NCBI GenBank assembly: GCA_002189035.1 | Contig: CM007989.1 | Span: 5,890,001-5,954,000 of the forward strand | Length of the DNA: 64,000 nucleotides | Reading direction: 5' to 3' | Source: Utricularia gibba | Lineage: Eukaryota > Plantae > Magnoliophyta | In this document: positions 39,884 through 50,734 of the stretch, one piece after another | Numbering within the stretch: the first letter of the stretch is position 1 | Layout: each line of letters starts with the position of its first letter | The notes under the pieces: model-generated | The model's database searches: none | What the model was told of the DNA's origin: nothing | What the model saw: only the letters and a program-made list of their open reading frames with translations | Translations under genes and position numbers: made by a program

Positions 39884-41373
39884 CCTATATAATCTTGAGG
39901 TATTACACAACTTCATCTCTAATATGACTAAAGGAACCTCCTTGGTTAACCAAGCTTTGGTTGATTTTAGCCATTTGGGCATAGCTGCTGATGATTAAAG
40001 GGTTGTGGTTTGGTTGTAGCAAGCCTATAGAGTCCTTCTATTTAAAATATATTGGCATATCAGCTAGTTTTTGAATCTCCACATCCAAAAATCAATGGTG
40101 GGTAATACAAAGTAGGGGCACAATAGATAAAATGGATGGACAAGTCAGGGAAGCCATTTGTCCTTAAATAGAAGTACTAGCAATAGAAAAAGAAGATGAA
40201 AAGAATATTTTGATGAAATGCAAGAAATGATTACAACAAAAAAGATGGAAATGTCTTTGTAGGAAGGGATGAGATGACTAGGTACTTGAAAAGCAACGAG
40301 GAGAAGACCATAGTAGATGTAAAAAGAAGAAAAGGAGAAAAGGAGAGAGATGAAAAAAAAAAAAAAAAGTGAACATCAACGAGAACATATGTGGAGACAA
40401 TTTTTAGGACCGGAAAATTGCCTTCTAGCAATACTACTTCTAGCAGAATATCATCATAGAAGTAGAACTTGATTTATTCATTTGTGTATAGATTGAGAAA
40501 GAGAAAGGATAAAACATTCAACTTAGGAAACTTAAGATGTAGGTAAAAAAGGATGGGATATGGGTATATAGGAAAAAAATTTTGGGAAGAAACTATTTGG
40601 TTCAATTATATTTTATTTTATTTATATTATAAAATAATAGATCTAAGTATAACATTGTTTAGAAAACTTAGGAAGAAAAAAAAGTAAAAAATGATGCAAA
40701 TGAATTTGAGTGAATCTAAACTATCTCTAGTTAATAGTCATTTTAGAGTTATAAGATCAAAAAATAAGTGAGCTTATCCTTCTAAAATTTTGAGGCCATT
40801 CACTTTTAAGTTTGCCACTGTATTGTTCTATATAATTTTATATTATATATTTTATTAATTTTAATCAGTTTATCACATAATAAACACGTTACTTAAGTTA
40901 GATCCGTGACAGTATATAATTTCTTTAAATTTGTAATCCATATGAACGAGAATTATAAACTTTATATAACATGAAAATCAATATTCTATAGCAATATGAA
41001 GATTTTCGTTTGGCAGGAGTGTAGATACAAAATCCTAATTTACAACTTATTTAGTAGTAAAATCCTTGTCATATTTTTTCTTCTTGTTTACAAGTGATTG
41101 CAACAGCAGGGGCAACAAACAGCACGTGTACATCAACACACAGACTTAGCAGGTGAACAAAAACTGCTGCGAACTGCAAGCAAGGTGCCAGAGGTAACCA
41201 CCTCAAGTAATATTCTGACTCCAACGCAAAAATAATCCAAGCTTACTGAGGCACTCGTGCAAAATCTGAAACAACGGTTTCAGTAGCCTCGGGTCATGAA
41301 CTGGGAGGCACAAAATAATACAGAGCAATGCCTTCAACAAGCATTCTTTTTTTTTTTTTCCAAGGGAACATTT

Positions 41374-43720
41374 TTACACACCCCTAATCCTGCAGAAAAT
41401 TGGATTCTCGACTATTTCCTTAGCAGAGGGTCTCCGTACGGGATCAGCATCCAGCATCGCCTGAACATAAAATGAAACTATGGCAACAAATTCAACTGCC
41501 TCCGAACCATTATCATATCATATCACATCATACCTTGATTAAATTTTGAAATTTCAGAGAGTGGCTTGGGAGAAGTGGCAGCTTTCCTTGTCTAAGGTTG
41601 ATAAAATGGGATCCTGAGTCAGGTATGGCCAAGCCTCTGGCAATCTCATAGACCGAAGCTCCCAAACAGAATATGTCAACCTTGTCAAGATGATCAAAAT
41701 TCTCGTTCATAATTTCCTGGGGCATGTAACGTGCATCACCTTCTTCAATTGGCAAGCTTTTATCTATGCGAGTTGCACAACCAAAGTCCCCGAGTTTATA
41801 CACACCATTTTTCACATATATGTTATCCGGCTTCACATCAAGGTGGGCTATCCCACGGCGGTGTAAAAACTCCAATGCCTTCGCCATCTGAAAACTCCAA
41901 GATGCCAATTCAATTATACTTACATGGGAAATCATAGCAGCAAACTAAAATGTTCTTGCTTCTATATTGCTAGTTTCTAGACCTGATATGTTAGATCTAG
42001 AGCCTCAGCTTCGGTCATTAATTTAGGTGGTTTTTTGACAGAAAGGCTGTGATCGCATAGCTCCAATTGAATGAAGAGTTGCTCATTTTCGAACCAAGAA
42101 GAATAGTAGCCAACTATATTCTCATGATACCCTGAAAGAATGAAGCGTCAAAGTAAACTTGAATACACATAAACTACAGGTATAATAAGTGAACCCACAA
42201 GCCCAGAGCAGTCAATCCCTTTTGGCATTCTAGTGGCTTGCCCGTTTCTAATAAGAATGGGTGTTGAAAAACTCAACACCATGTGCCCCCGTGGGGGGGG
42301 GGGATGCTGCTCAAAGAAAAAAAAAAAAAAAAACCAACCTAGAGCAGACAGAGCTTGAACTTCATTCAGTGCCTTGCGCCTGTAACAATGTGTAAAGATT
42401 TTTCTTGCAATGCAACACCAAATATGCAGCTAAGATTACAGGGAGCATCTAGCTACTATGTGAAAATATGATAAATTACCTATCCACATCCTGATGGAGC
42501 TGTTTTTTGCTACGCTTTACTGCATAGCAGCAGCCATCAATCCTCTTGAAGACTTTAAAAACATGATTAAAGTATCCCGTACCAAGTTTCTAGAATAAAA
42601 AAGCATAATCCAGATAAGATACATAGAATTCAAATCAATTCTAAGACGAAGGAATTCGCATAGAAAAAACCTCTATTTCATGGAAATCAGTTCGATATCT
42701 CGATAGACCGTCACCGCCACCTGCTTTAGAGTAAAAATCTGGAAAGGCCAAATAAGCATGGTTAAAGGTCTCATATCAAATTTAAGGCACCCATGGGGAT
42801 TATAAATGATATTCAGACACTTGATACCTCCATTTTTCAATTTTTCAAACCCAAAATGGTCCATGTCACAGTGAGATGCTTCATTAAGGTATGGATTCAT
42901 TAAGCATGGTGGAGGCATCACCCTGCATCGTAGCGCTATTGCAGATTTAGAAACATAACTGCACTTCTTCTGGGTATCCTGGAGCTTTTCGATCTTCATC
43001 TCATCTATTCTCAGCACATCTTCCACAGGATCTGGCATTGATTCACTTGACTCATCCAGATTAACAATATCTGCAGCCGTGGTTTACAAACTCAGAAGTG
43101 ATTGAATCACTGTTTCCATCCCTATTTTGGAATATTTTCACACTATTTCCAATACGCTAGAACATAATCTAGTAGTAAAGAATCACCGCTGGAGAATCAT
43201 AAAACTTAGTTACAAGCACTTATTAGAGACATCGATACCTATTTTTTGCCTTTTGCGACAACTTGTCTTAACCTTTTCTGGTGACTTGGGGCAGGGGAAC
43301 CTTTCCTAAACAATAAGAACGCACAGAGTAAGCTTCTTGTTATATAGGAGTATCACACACGCATTTCTACCTCGTTCCAATCTAAACTTGAAGCAGCATA
43401 GGGCATTTCCGGGGTGATGTAATCCGGTGTGCTGAGGCAAAAAAAAAAAAAAAAAACCAAGAGAAAAATATATGCAAGATGAAGAATGAGGAAAAAGAAT
43501 GTGAGAGTAGCTAAACGCAGTTTACTACACTTCACCAGAAGAAATCCTGACTAAGGATGCAGTCTTTTTCATCGTTTGTGTCTGCATCGGCGCTGAGAGG
43601 CAGAGATAAATGACAGATTTCGGAATCCAAAAGCTTGGGACACGCTGAGACATTTGGGGATTGAATGGAGAGGAGGTGGTCGAGTTGAAAGGTGATATCA
43701 GGCGGAGTGCCTTTCACCAT
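41374..43720 (-). CDS. WEE1: WEE1-like protein kinase, ~454 aa, 10 exons
   Basis: Exons: 43536-43720, 43371-43431, 43239-43305, 42828-43070, 42671-42738, 42480-42589, 42339-42379, 41983-42131, 41534-41887, 41374-41460. All introns are GT-AG and phase-consistent (1365 nt in total). Motifs include ILSQDFFCTPDYITP, CRVMPPPCLMNPYL, GDGLSRY, HLDVKPDNI, DFG and EEGDARYMPQE. Confidence 0.94.
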
Positions 43721-44406
43721 CACCTTCCGGAGCTGCGCTTCTTGTTATTCTTCAAGTTACGCTAGTGGTTGCAGCTGCGATGAAACGAGATCGGCGGTAT
43801 TCGCTGGCAGTCGTGAGAGTGAAGAGCGGAGCGGGGAAGAGTAGAAACTATAAACAAAAAAAAATGGAAAATGGTTCGAATGTGGCGGTTGGGGTGAGCT
43901 GAGGCGGGAAAAGTAGGGTTTCGGCAAAACGCCAAGCGTCCCTCTAGTTTTCGAATTTGTGTTTTCTTGAATTGGGAATAGGATTAATTAACAAAATAAT
44001 CCTCTACGAAAAATTCATTAGATATATAGTACTATTTGATAAATATTGATTAAATAGCCTTCTTGTGTTTTATTTGTTAAATAATAATATTTTTTTTATA
44101 ATTGGTTTTGTGTCATTTTAAAACATATTTTTTTCATTACTTTTAAGTATTGTTTTCAATTATACTCTATTTTTTATACTATTTTTTTATATAGAAAGAA
44201 TATTTAATGAATTTATTGGATATTTTTTAATCAATTTAATGAAAAATCAAGATACAACAATTTATAAATTTGATGAGTCACGAATCCTAGTCCAAGACTT
44301 CATCTAAGAATGAAGATTTGATGAAAGATTAGTGAATAAAATAAAGATTTTAAAATGATTTTAAAAAAATTAAATAAAAGATTTAAATATAAAATTTTAT
44401 CCAACT

Positions 44407-47399
44407 TAACCGTGGGCATGGGTCATAAACCACTGAGTCACGGGTCAATCAAACCAGGTCATGCTCTGGGTCATGGGTAGACGAGTTGCAGGTCAACGGG
44501 TTTTAACCCTTGACTCAACCTGTACCCGTAGGTCATGCGAGTACGGGTTGTTGGGTTGTGACCCGTCGATGTGTCAAAGGGAGAGAGATGGGGCGGGGCT
44601 TGACAAGAGAGGTATGGCATTGAGAGAGGAGGTATGGTGTGAAGATTGATGGGATTGTTCCATCAAGTACATGTACCATAAAGCAATTATTTATGTATAT
44701 GAAACAAATTTTTGTATTTTCTTCAAAATCACCTTATGAAATATAAGTAAAATTAAAATGAATCAATATACAAAAAAGGTAATACAATAATATAAAAGTT
44801 TTCCCTCTTTTTTTTTCCAGACTTAGACTAGCTGTGTAGTTTAAAACAACACAGTTGAAGTTAAAACTTTTTTTGCTAATTTAAGATAATATTAAATGAA
44901 TAAAAAATTAAAAAAAAATGTTTACTCTTTTTATGATGTAGAACTATCATCTTCCTTATCATCATCTTCTTCATCTAAGATAAGATTTTGCATTCTATGG
45001 TCTGCTCCAATTCAATCCTTTAAATAAATGCAAACCTCCAATATTTTATTTGCTAATTTGAGCCGCCATGATGACAATACTCTCCCACCTAAATTGAATG
45101 CACTTTCCGATACAACTGTAGACACAAGGGATGTGAAAATTGCCCTAGCCACTGCTGCTAAAGCAGGATAAACTGAGGATTGACCCTTCTATCGAGCCAA
45201 AATATCAAAGTTGTCTCCTTTATGCTGCACTTGATGCATTACATTATATAAAGCAATCTCATTGGTTTTTGTGATAATGCTAGGAGAAGCTGAAATCATA
45301 GTATAAAAATCATCTATTCCTGAAGGTTGGTCTGATTCAGCTACCTCAAAAACAGATCTAACACAGCAAATCTTATTCTCAAATAAGTCATACAAATGAT
45401 TTAAAGCATTGATAGCAGTATTATACACAGCATTAGATTGACATAATGGAAATTTAAGATAATAAACATAAGAACAATAAACATTCAAACCAGTTTGTAA
45501 ATCAACAACTTTAACTCTCGGATAAAGTATATTGGAGACAAGGAAGAGAATAAGAACATTGAGAAAATACTTAACGAATTTTTCAACCATAATTGAAACA
45601 TTTTCTCACAAAAACTCAACTTCAACATATTTTTTAAATGTATTTGAAATAGTAACTAAAGGTGGTAGTACTAAATGTGTTGTAGGATAATAACAACACT
45701 AAATAAAATAATATATTTCTCAAAAACGTCAAGCATTTCACACAAAGTCTGAAATTTAAAAAATATTTCAGAATCAATTGAACAATTTTGATCAACATGC
45801 ATTCTCATAAATAATGGAATAATACTCTTATATGAAAATAAAAATCTGAACATGTGAAGAGTAGAATTCTATCTAGTTGGACAATCTTTTTTTAAAATTC
45901 TATATGCAATGCCTCTAACCTCATAAATACTTTTGAAAATGTCTCTTTTAGGACTAGATTTTTTTCACCAATTTATGCAATGAAACAAGAGCATCTACAA
46001 AATTATATATTCGTAAAGCATCTTGTAAACATAAATTCAAAATATGACATATACATCTCGAATGAAAAAAAAACACCACCTAAAGGAGGATTTATGGAAG
46101 ATTTCAAGCCTGAAATAGCATTTGAATTGTTAGAAGCATTATCAAGAGCAATTGAAAATATACGTTCAATAATACCATATTCAACAGAAACACTAGTAAT
46201 CAACTGAGCAATTTGGGCACTTGTGTGTGGAGTGTCATAAGGTCTAAATGCTAAAACTCTTTTTTGCATAATCCACAAATTATCAAGCCAATTAGCAGTG
46301 ACAACAATATAATCTTCACCATTATTACCATGCCAACCATCAGCAAACAATGCAAATCAATATTTTAGAGATTGAAATGAAGAAATTAAAGCTGTTTTTT
46401 TCTTTTCAAATTGGTCAAAAGTAATCCGAATAGCTTTTCCTCTAGAAAAAGACAGAAAATGAGGTTGCAATCAAGTTTTAAAAAAATTTGACATAAATGT
46501 ATTTTCAACTTTAGTAAAAGGTTTTTCATTAGCTATCAAAGTTAGAACATAATCAATTTGGGCTAATTCATTATCAAAACTAAATTTAATAGCAAGATTA
46601 CCTACGACAATATTCAAAGTAGATTGAAAAACATTACTAGTGTATCTATCAGTATGCTTGTTCACTATATGTCTCAAAAAATTCAAAGTTGAACCATCTT
46701 TTCCATGTTTATAAGAAATATGGCAGTATTTGCATATTATCTTTCCTCTTATCAAATCATGAACAAAGTGCTCATGTCAACAAAATTCATATTTTCTTTT
46801 GTTTGAAGATGGGCTAGCCTCTAGAATTTCAAAATCATTCTCTGGAAATTCGGATTCATCATCTAAATTAACCACAGGATGAGATGCCAAAGGATTGGAT
46901 GATTGCTCAATCATATTCGCGTTGAGGATTTGAGGAGGAGAAATTGGATAAAAAAGATGTTGCATTACAAATTGTTAATTCTCATTTTTTAAACCCTAGA
47001 CGTATGCATGTTAATGGACAGCCCAAAAGCCTAGTTGGATCAAAGAAACAAAATATTCATTATCATATTGTGACATTGTGATAAAGGAATACTATTATTA
47101 ATTATGTGCACTCTCTTTCTTCATCATTCAATCACATTTAATAAGCTGCATTCAATACTTGCATAAGGGTAGTCATTCTATGCATATGATTACAATGGGC
47201 CGGATATTAGGTCTGAACCAAACTTTATCTCAATTTGGATTGGGCTTTAATGGGTTAGCCCTATCCGGCGGGTCAATCCGTTCTCGTTTTAGGATGACTT
47301 GACCCGTACTTGTATAGTACGAGTACGGATAACCCGTTCCCGTATAGTACGAGTTGACCCATGGGTCGACGAGTCAACCCACAACTGTGCTCACCACTA
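44407..47399 (-). mobile_element. Decayed full-length hAT (Ac-like) transposon with transposase pseudogene at ~44990-46965
   Basis: Fragments include a BED finger (ICKYCH...GSTLNFLRHIVNKH), the DDE region (ADGW...YIVVTANWLD...IALDNASNN), ILYPRVKV, and a dimerisation-domain remnant (TVVSESAFNLGGRVL). Imperfect TIRs are TAACCGTGGGCA and TGCTCACCACTA, with subterminal ACCCG/CGGGT motifs. The flanks ATCCAACT and ATCCAATC match 6/8. The ORF is frameshifted. Confidence 0.88.
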
Positions 47400-47459
47400 A
47401 TCCAATCCTATAAAACAAATCCAATATGAAGATTTCAATTTTTCTTCTATAAATACCCT

Positions 47460-47990
47460 ACTCTCTTAATCATTAGAAACATATTTAGACCACTTTTCTT
47501 TTTTATTTTTTCTCATTTTTGTATTTATTTTCATGTTAGAATCAAGCATATACATGTAGTTGTTCGTAGCTAAAGATTTGCAGTGAAACCTTGTTTGCAT
47601 AAGTCTATGAGACTAATTTACCATGTTCCTTTACATTGAATTTAAAGTTTGATTCTATTTTTTGCCAACATGTTATTTAGTGCCTCATAACCTCAAGAGA
47701 GTATGATAGAATCATGAATTGACTTTAACCATCCAAGGAGAATGATTCAATTGGACATTATTGATAAAACATATTTTGTCTAATCTGTTTACGAGATGTG
47801 AAGTGTAGAGATTAGATTTAAGTGTAAGAAAAACATGAGTTATTATAGGATTTGAAATGACTCTACATGCTTGATTCTATAATCCTGCTAAACTAGGAAT
47901 GATGCTATGACAGTTATTGAGTATCACTATTTTATAATAATACACCCAAAACTTGTGTAACCAAGTTAATATTCAAAAAGATTGTAGGGT
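47460..47990 (+). repeat. Old decayed copy of LTR family X (3' half); smaller fragments at ~17070-17200 (-) and ~44280-44350 (+)
   Basis: Diverged match, judged by eye, to 36200-36660. Confidence 0.55.
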
Positions 47991-48015
47991 TTTCAAAGAG
48001 GTGAGGTTCACTTAC

Positions 48016-48660
48016 CTATTTGGAAATCAATGTCCATTGCTTCTTGCACTTGAGGTAAAGCGCTATTTTTCTAACCCATTGATGATAGTTTTCACTAGAG
48101 AAAATAGGCATCCCTAGAGCGTTCGTCTGATTGGTGAAGGACATCACTGGTACACGCAGAATCAGTCCCTCTGATACCATGTTACATTTTTTATTCAAAA
48201 CTGTTTTGAAGAAAGTACAAGGAGTGATATAGAACAGTTGACTTTAGACAAAAGAAGTTCTAGTCAGCCCGCCGATTGCTAGGGTTGGAATACAATCTAA
48301 ATAGGTTCCATAATTCATGTAGAATTATGAGTTGTTTGTCCATTAGAGGGCCGAAAAACATAAATAAGGAAAAAACTTCAATTCTTCTCGGGCACATTTG
48401 ACTCACATCCATCTTCTATTTCTTTAGATGTAAATCGCTCCTTCTGGGTTTACAGCTGAGGAAGACATCCAACAATAATCACACTGAAGACTACATGACA
48501 TTCCCGTGAACAATTCATACAGCCCACAAGCCACAAGAAATCAAAGGCAAGAAAACCAACAAACAGAAAATGAAAAATACAATCACGAAATCAACCAAAC
48601 ATAGTCACAATGCACTGGTGGTGAAGAAAACCACGTACAGCGACAACTAGAAATGTACAG
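48016..48660 (-). mobile_element. Copia 5' remnant: LTR end, Met-type PBS and gag N-terminus
   Basis: The LTR ends ...GTAACA at 48180 and the PBS TGGTATCAGAG is at 48169-48179. MPIFSSENYHQWVRKIALYL resembles a copia gag start. The upstream LTR boundary is uncertain. Confidence 0.7.
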
Positions 48661-48926
48661 AAGGACCTAGATGTTAGCGCAAAGCCGAAGCACAAAAACA
48701 ACACGGATTTGATCGCTGGAGCTTCAGAGACTTGAGGGCTCCAAATCTAGTTTATTGTCTAATGCACATCTGTTTTCAATAAAGAGATATTATTGTTTGA
48801 TGAAGGGCAAAGTTGAAAGATTTGAGCTGTATTTACCATTCTGTGAATGCAGTCTGCTGTTTTACTTTAACATCATTTTATAATTGTATTGTGAATCGAG
48901 GATCCATAATTTCATCCCAGTGTTAG

Positions 48927-49099
48927 GTGGAGAAAGCTGGCAGTCATCACGGTTTCTGCAGGAGGATCCCCCTACTTCAATACCATCACCGCTGCCCATG
49001 ACGGGATACCACGGGTATGGGTTTCCAGGCCCCTGGGGAAGTGATCCTCCAGATTCGGGTGGAGATCCACCACCATCGCTGCCTCCCACCAGCCCATAA
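48927..49099 (+). pseudogene. Orphan inverted copy of peptide-gene exon 2, lacking exon 1 and the signal peptide
   Basis: TGTTAG|GTGGAGAAAGC...CCCATAA reads GESWQSSRFLQEDPPTSIPSP...PPTSP on the + strand. The supplied track labels the 48884-49099 ORF as minus, but it translates on +. The duplication breakpoint at 48837 lies inside the intron. Confidence 0.7.
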
Positions 49100-49130
49100 C
49101 TTTCGTCTCCGGTTGACGGGAAAACCTCCG

Positions 49131-49253
49131 GTCTATTGCACTGCCTTTTGGTTTGTCCAAGTCGTTGTTTGGTCTATCGCACTGCCTTTTGGTTTGTCCA
49201 AGTCGTTGTTTGGTCTATTGCACTGCCTTTTGATTTGTTCAAGTCGTTGTTTG
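49131..49253 (+). repeat. 41-bp x3 minisatellite in the peptide-gene 3' region, mirrored at ~54260-54382
   Basis: The unit GTCTATTGCACTGCCTTTTGGTTTGTCCAAGTCGTTGTTTG occurs three times with few substitutions. Confidence 0.92.
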
Positions 49254-49470
49254 CATGTCTGCTTCGATAATTCAATGTATATGGGTTTTATATGACTTTG
49301 GTACCAAAAGCGTGAAACTTTTAAATTTAAATGGATATGAAAAGTGTTATTAAATGGGATACATGATTGTCATTTTTTTTTATTGAACTTTCAATAATTA
49401 TAAATCAACAACAATAATATTTTAGATCCATCTATAAAATTCAATATCAATTTCTTTTTGTCAATAAATC

Positions 49471-50690
49471 TGATAAGTAATTTTGTGTCGTTCCAAAACA
49501 TGTTCTTCCACTACTTGAGTGTTGTTTTTACTTATCTTAGACCCCACTTTCTCATTATTTTCAATTGATTTTACATCTTTCACACTACTTTGATCTTTTT
49601 AGAGAGAAAATGTATTTTGTGGATTTTTAGAATACTTTTAGATCAATTTGAGAAGAAACAAGATCCACCAAATTATGGACTTGATGGGCCACGAATCTTA
49701 GCCCAAGACTTAGTCAAACGATGAAGATTTGGTCCAAGATTCGTGGATAAGATAGAGATGTTAAGAAGATCTTCGAAGATTTGGATAAAATATTTGGATA
49801 GAAGATCTTATCCAAGCCCATCGAATAAGCTAAATACGAAGACTTGGATCTACTCTACTATAAATACTCCACCCTCTCAACCATTAGAAACGTCTTTGAC
49901 CACTTTTACTTTGAATCTTTCCTATTTTCATGTTTGAGTCGAGTCTGCGCGTGTAGGCGCTTGCGGTTGAGGATCTGCGGTGAAGCCTTGCTTGCGCAAG
50001 TCCTGCGCGTGTGACTATTTTTTACTATGTTTTTCGACATTTAAATTGAGGTTTGATTCTGTTTTCATTACCAACGTACTCTTTAGTATCATATAACCCT
50101 AAGGTAGTGTGGGAGAATCAAAGGTTGGCCTCAAGCACCTAGGGAGAAGGGCTCAATCAGACATCGTTGGTAAGACACATTCTGTCTAATCTATCTGCGA
50201 GGTGTAAAGTGTAGGGGTTAGATTTGGGTGTGGGGAAAACATGGGTTATCACGAGAGGTGAAATGGCTCTGGTAGTGTGGTTGATTCCATAATCCCACTA
50301 AACGAGGGACGGTGCTATAACGGTCACTGAGTAGCACTATTTTAGAATAACACCCCCAGAACTTGCGCAAGCAAGTCAGTCTTCAAGGTTTACAGACAGA
50401 AGTTTGAACGAGTATTGAGCAAGATGGATCCCAGGTCCAATGCCACTTTTCTTTTTGTTTTTAAAACCAAATCTTTCTTTTGTTTTCGGTCTTTTTGAAT
50501 CTTTGTTTGAAAAGAAAATTCCAATAACAATTCCCTGTGGATACGATCTTATTTTATTACTTTGACGGTTTTTGTTCACTTGCAGAATCACCATCAAGTT
50601 TTTGAATTCCCTGTGGATACGATTTTATTTTATTAATTTGACAATTTCTATTCACTTGCAGAATCACCATCAAGTTTTTGGCGCCGTTGC
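49471..50690 (+). mobile_element. LTR family X 5' LTR with a tandemly duplicated 3' end and a truncated Asp-type PBS
   Basis: Starts TGATAAG at 49471. The block AATTCCCTGTGGATACGAT...CACCATCAAGTTTTTG occurs twice (~50529-50604 and ~50605-50680). TGGCGCCGTTGC follows at 50679-50690. Confidence 0.88.
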
Positions 50691-50734
50691 TATGTTTTGG
50701 AAATAGAAGTAAGGCTAGCATGTTTTGGAACGAA

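Larger units (their letters stand above)
48837..49987 (+). repeat. Left arm of a large inverted duplication (partner 53523-54676)
   Basis: Reverse-complement match with only scattered substitutions. It includes part of the intron, exon 2 and the 3' UTR of the peptide gene, plus the first ~515 bp of LTR X with the identical insertion flank AAATC|TGATAAG. Confidence 0.95.

Noticed and set aside
48862-49089. Gly-rich ORF MGGSDGGGSPPESGG..., mirrored at 54424-54651
   Set aside because: It is the antisense of the Pro-rich exon 2. The opposite strand has the splice acceptor, signal-peptide exon and TATA box.
49131-49253. CRISPR-like array
   Set aside because: The units are contiguous with no unique spacers, and the context is eukaryotic. 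It is a minisatellite.
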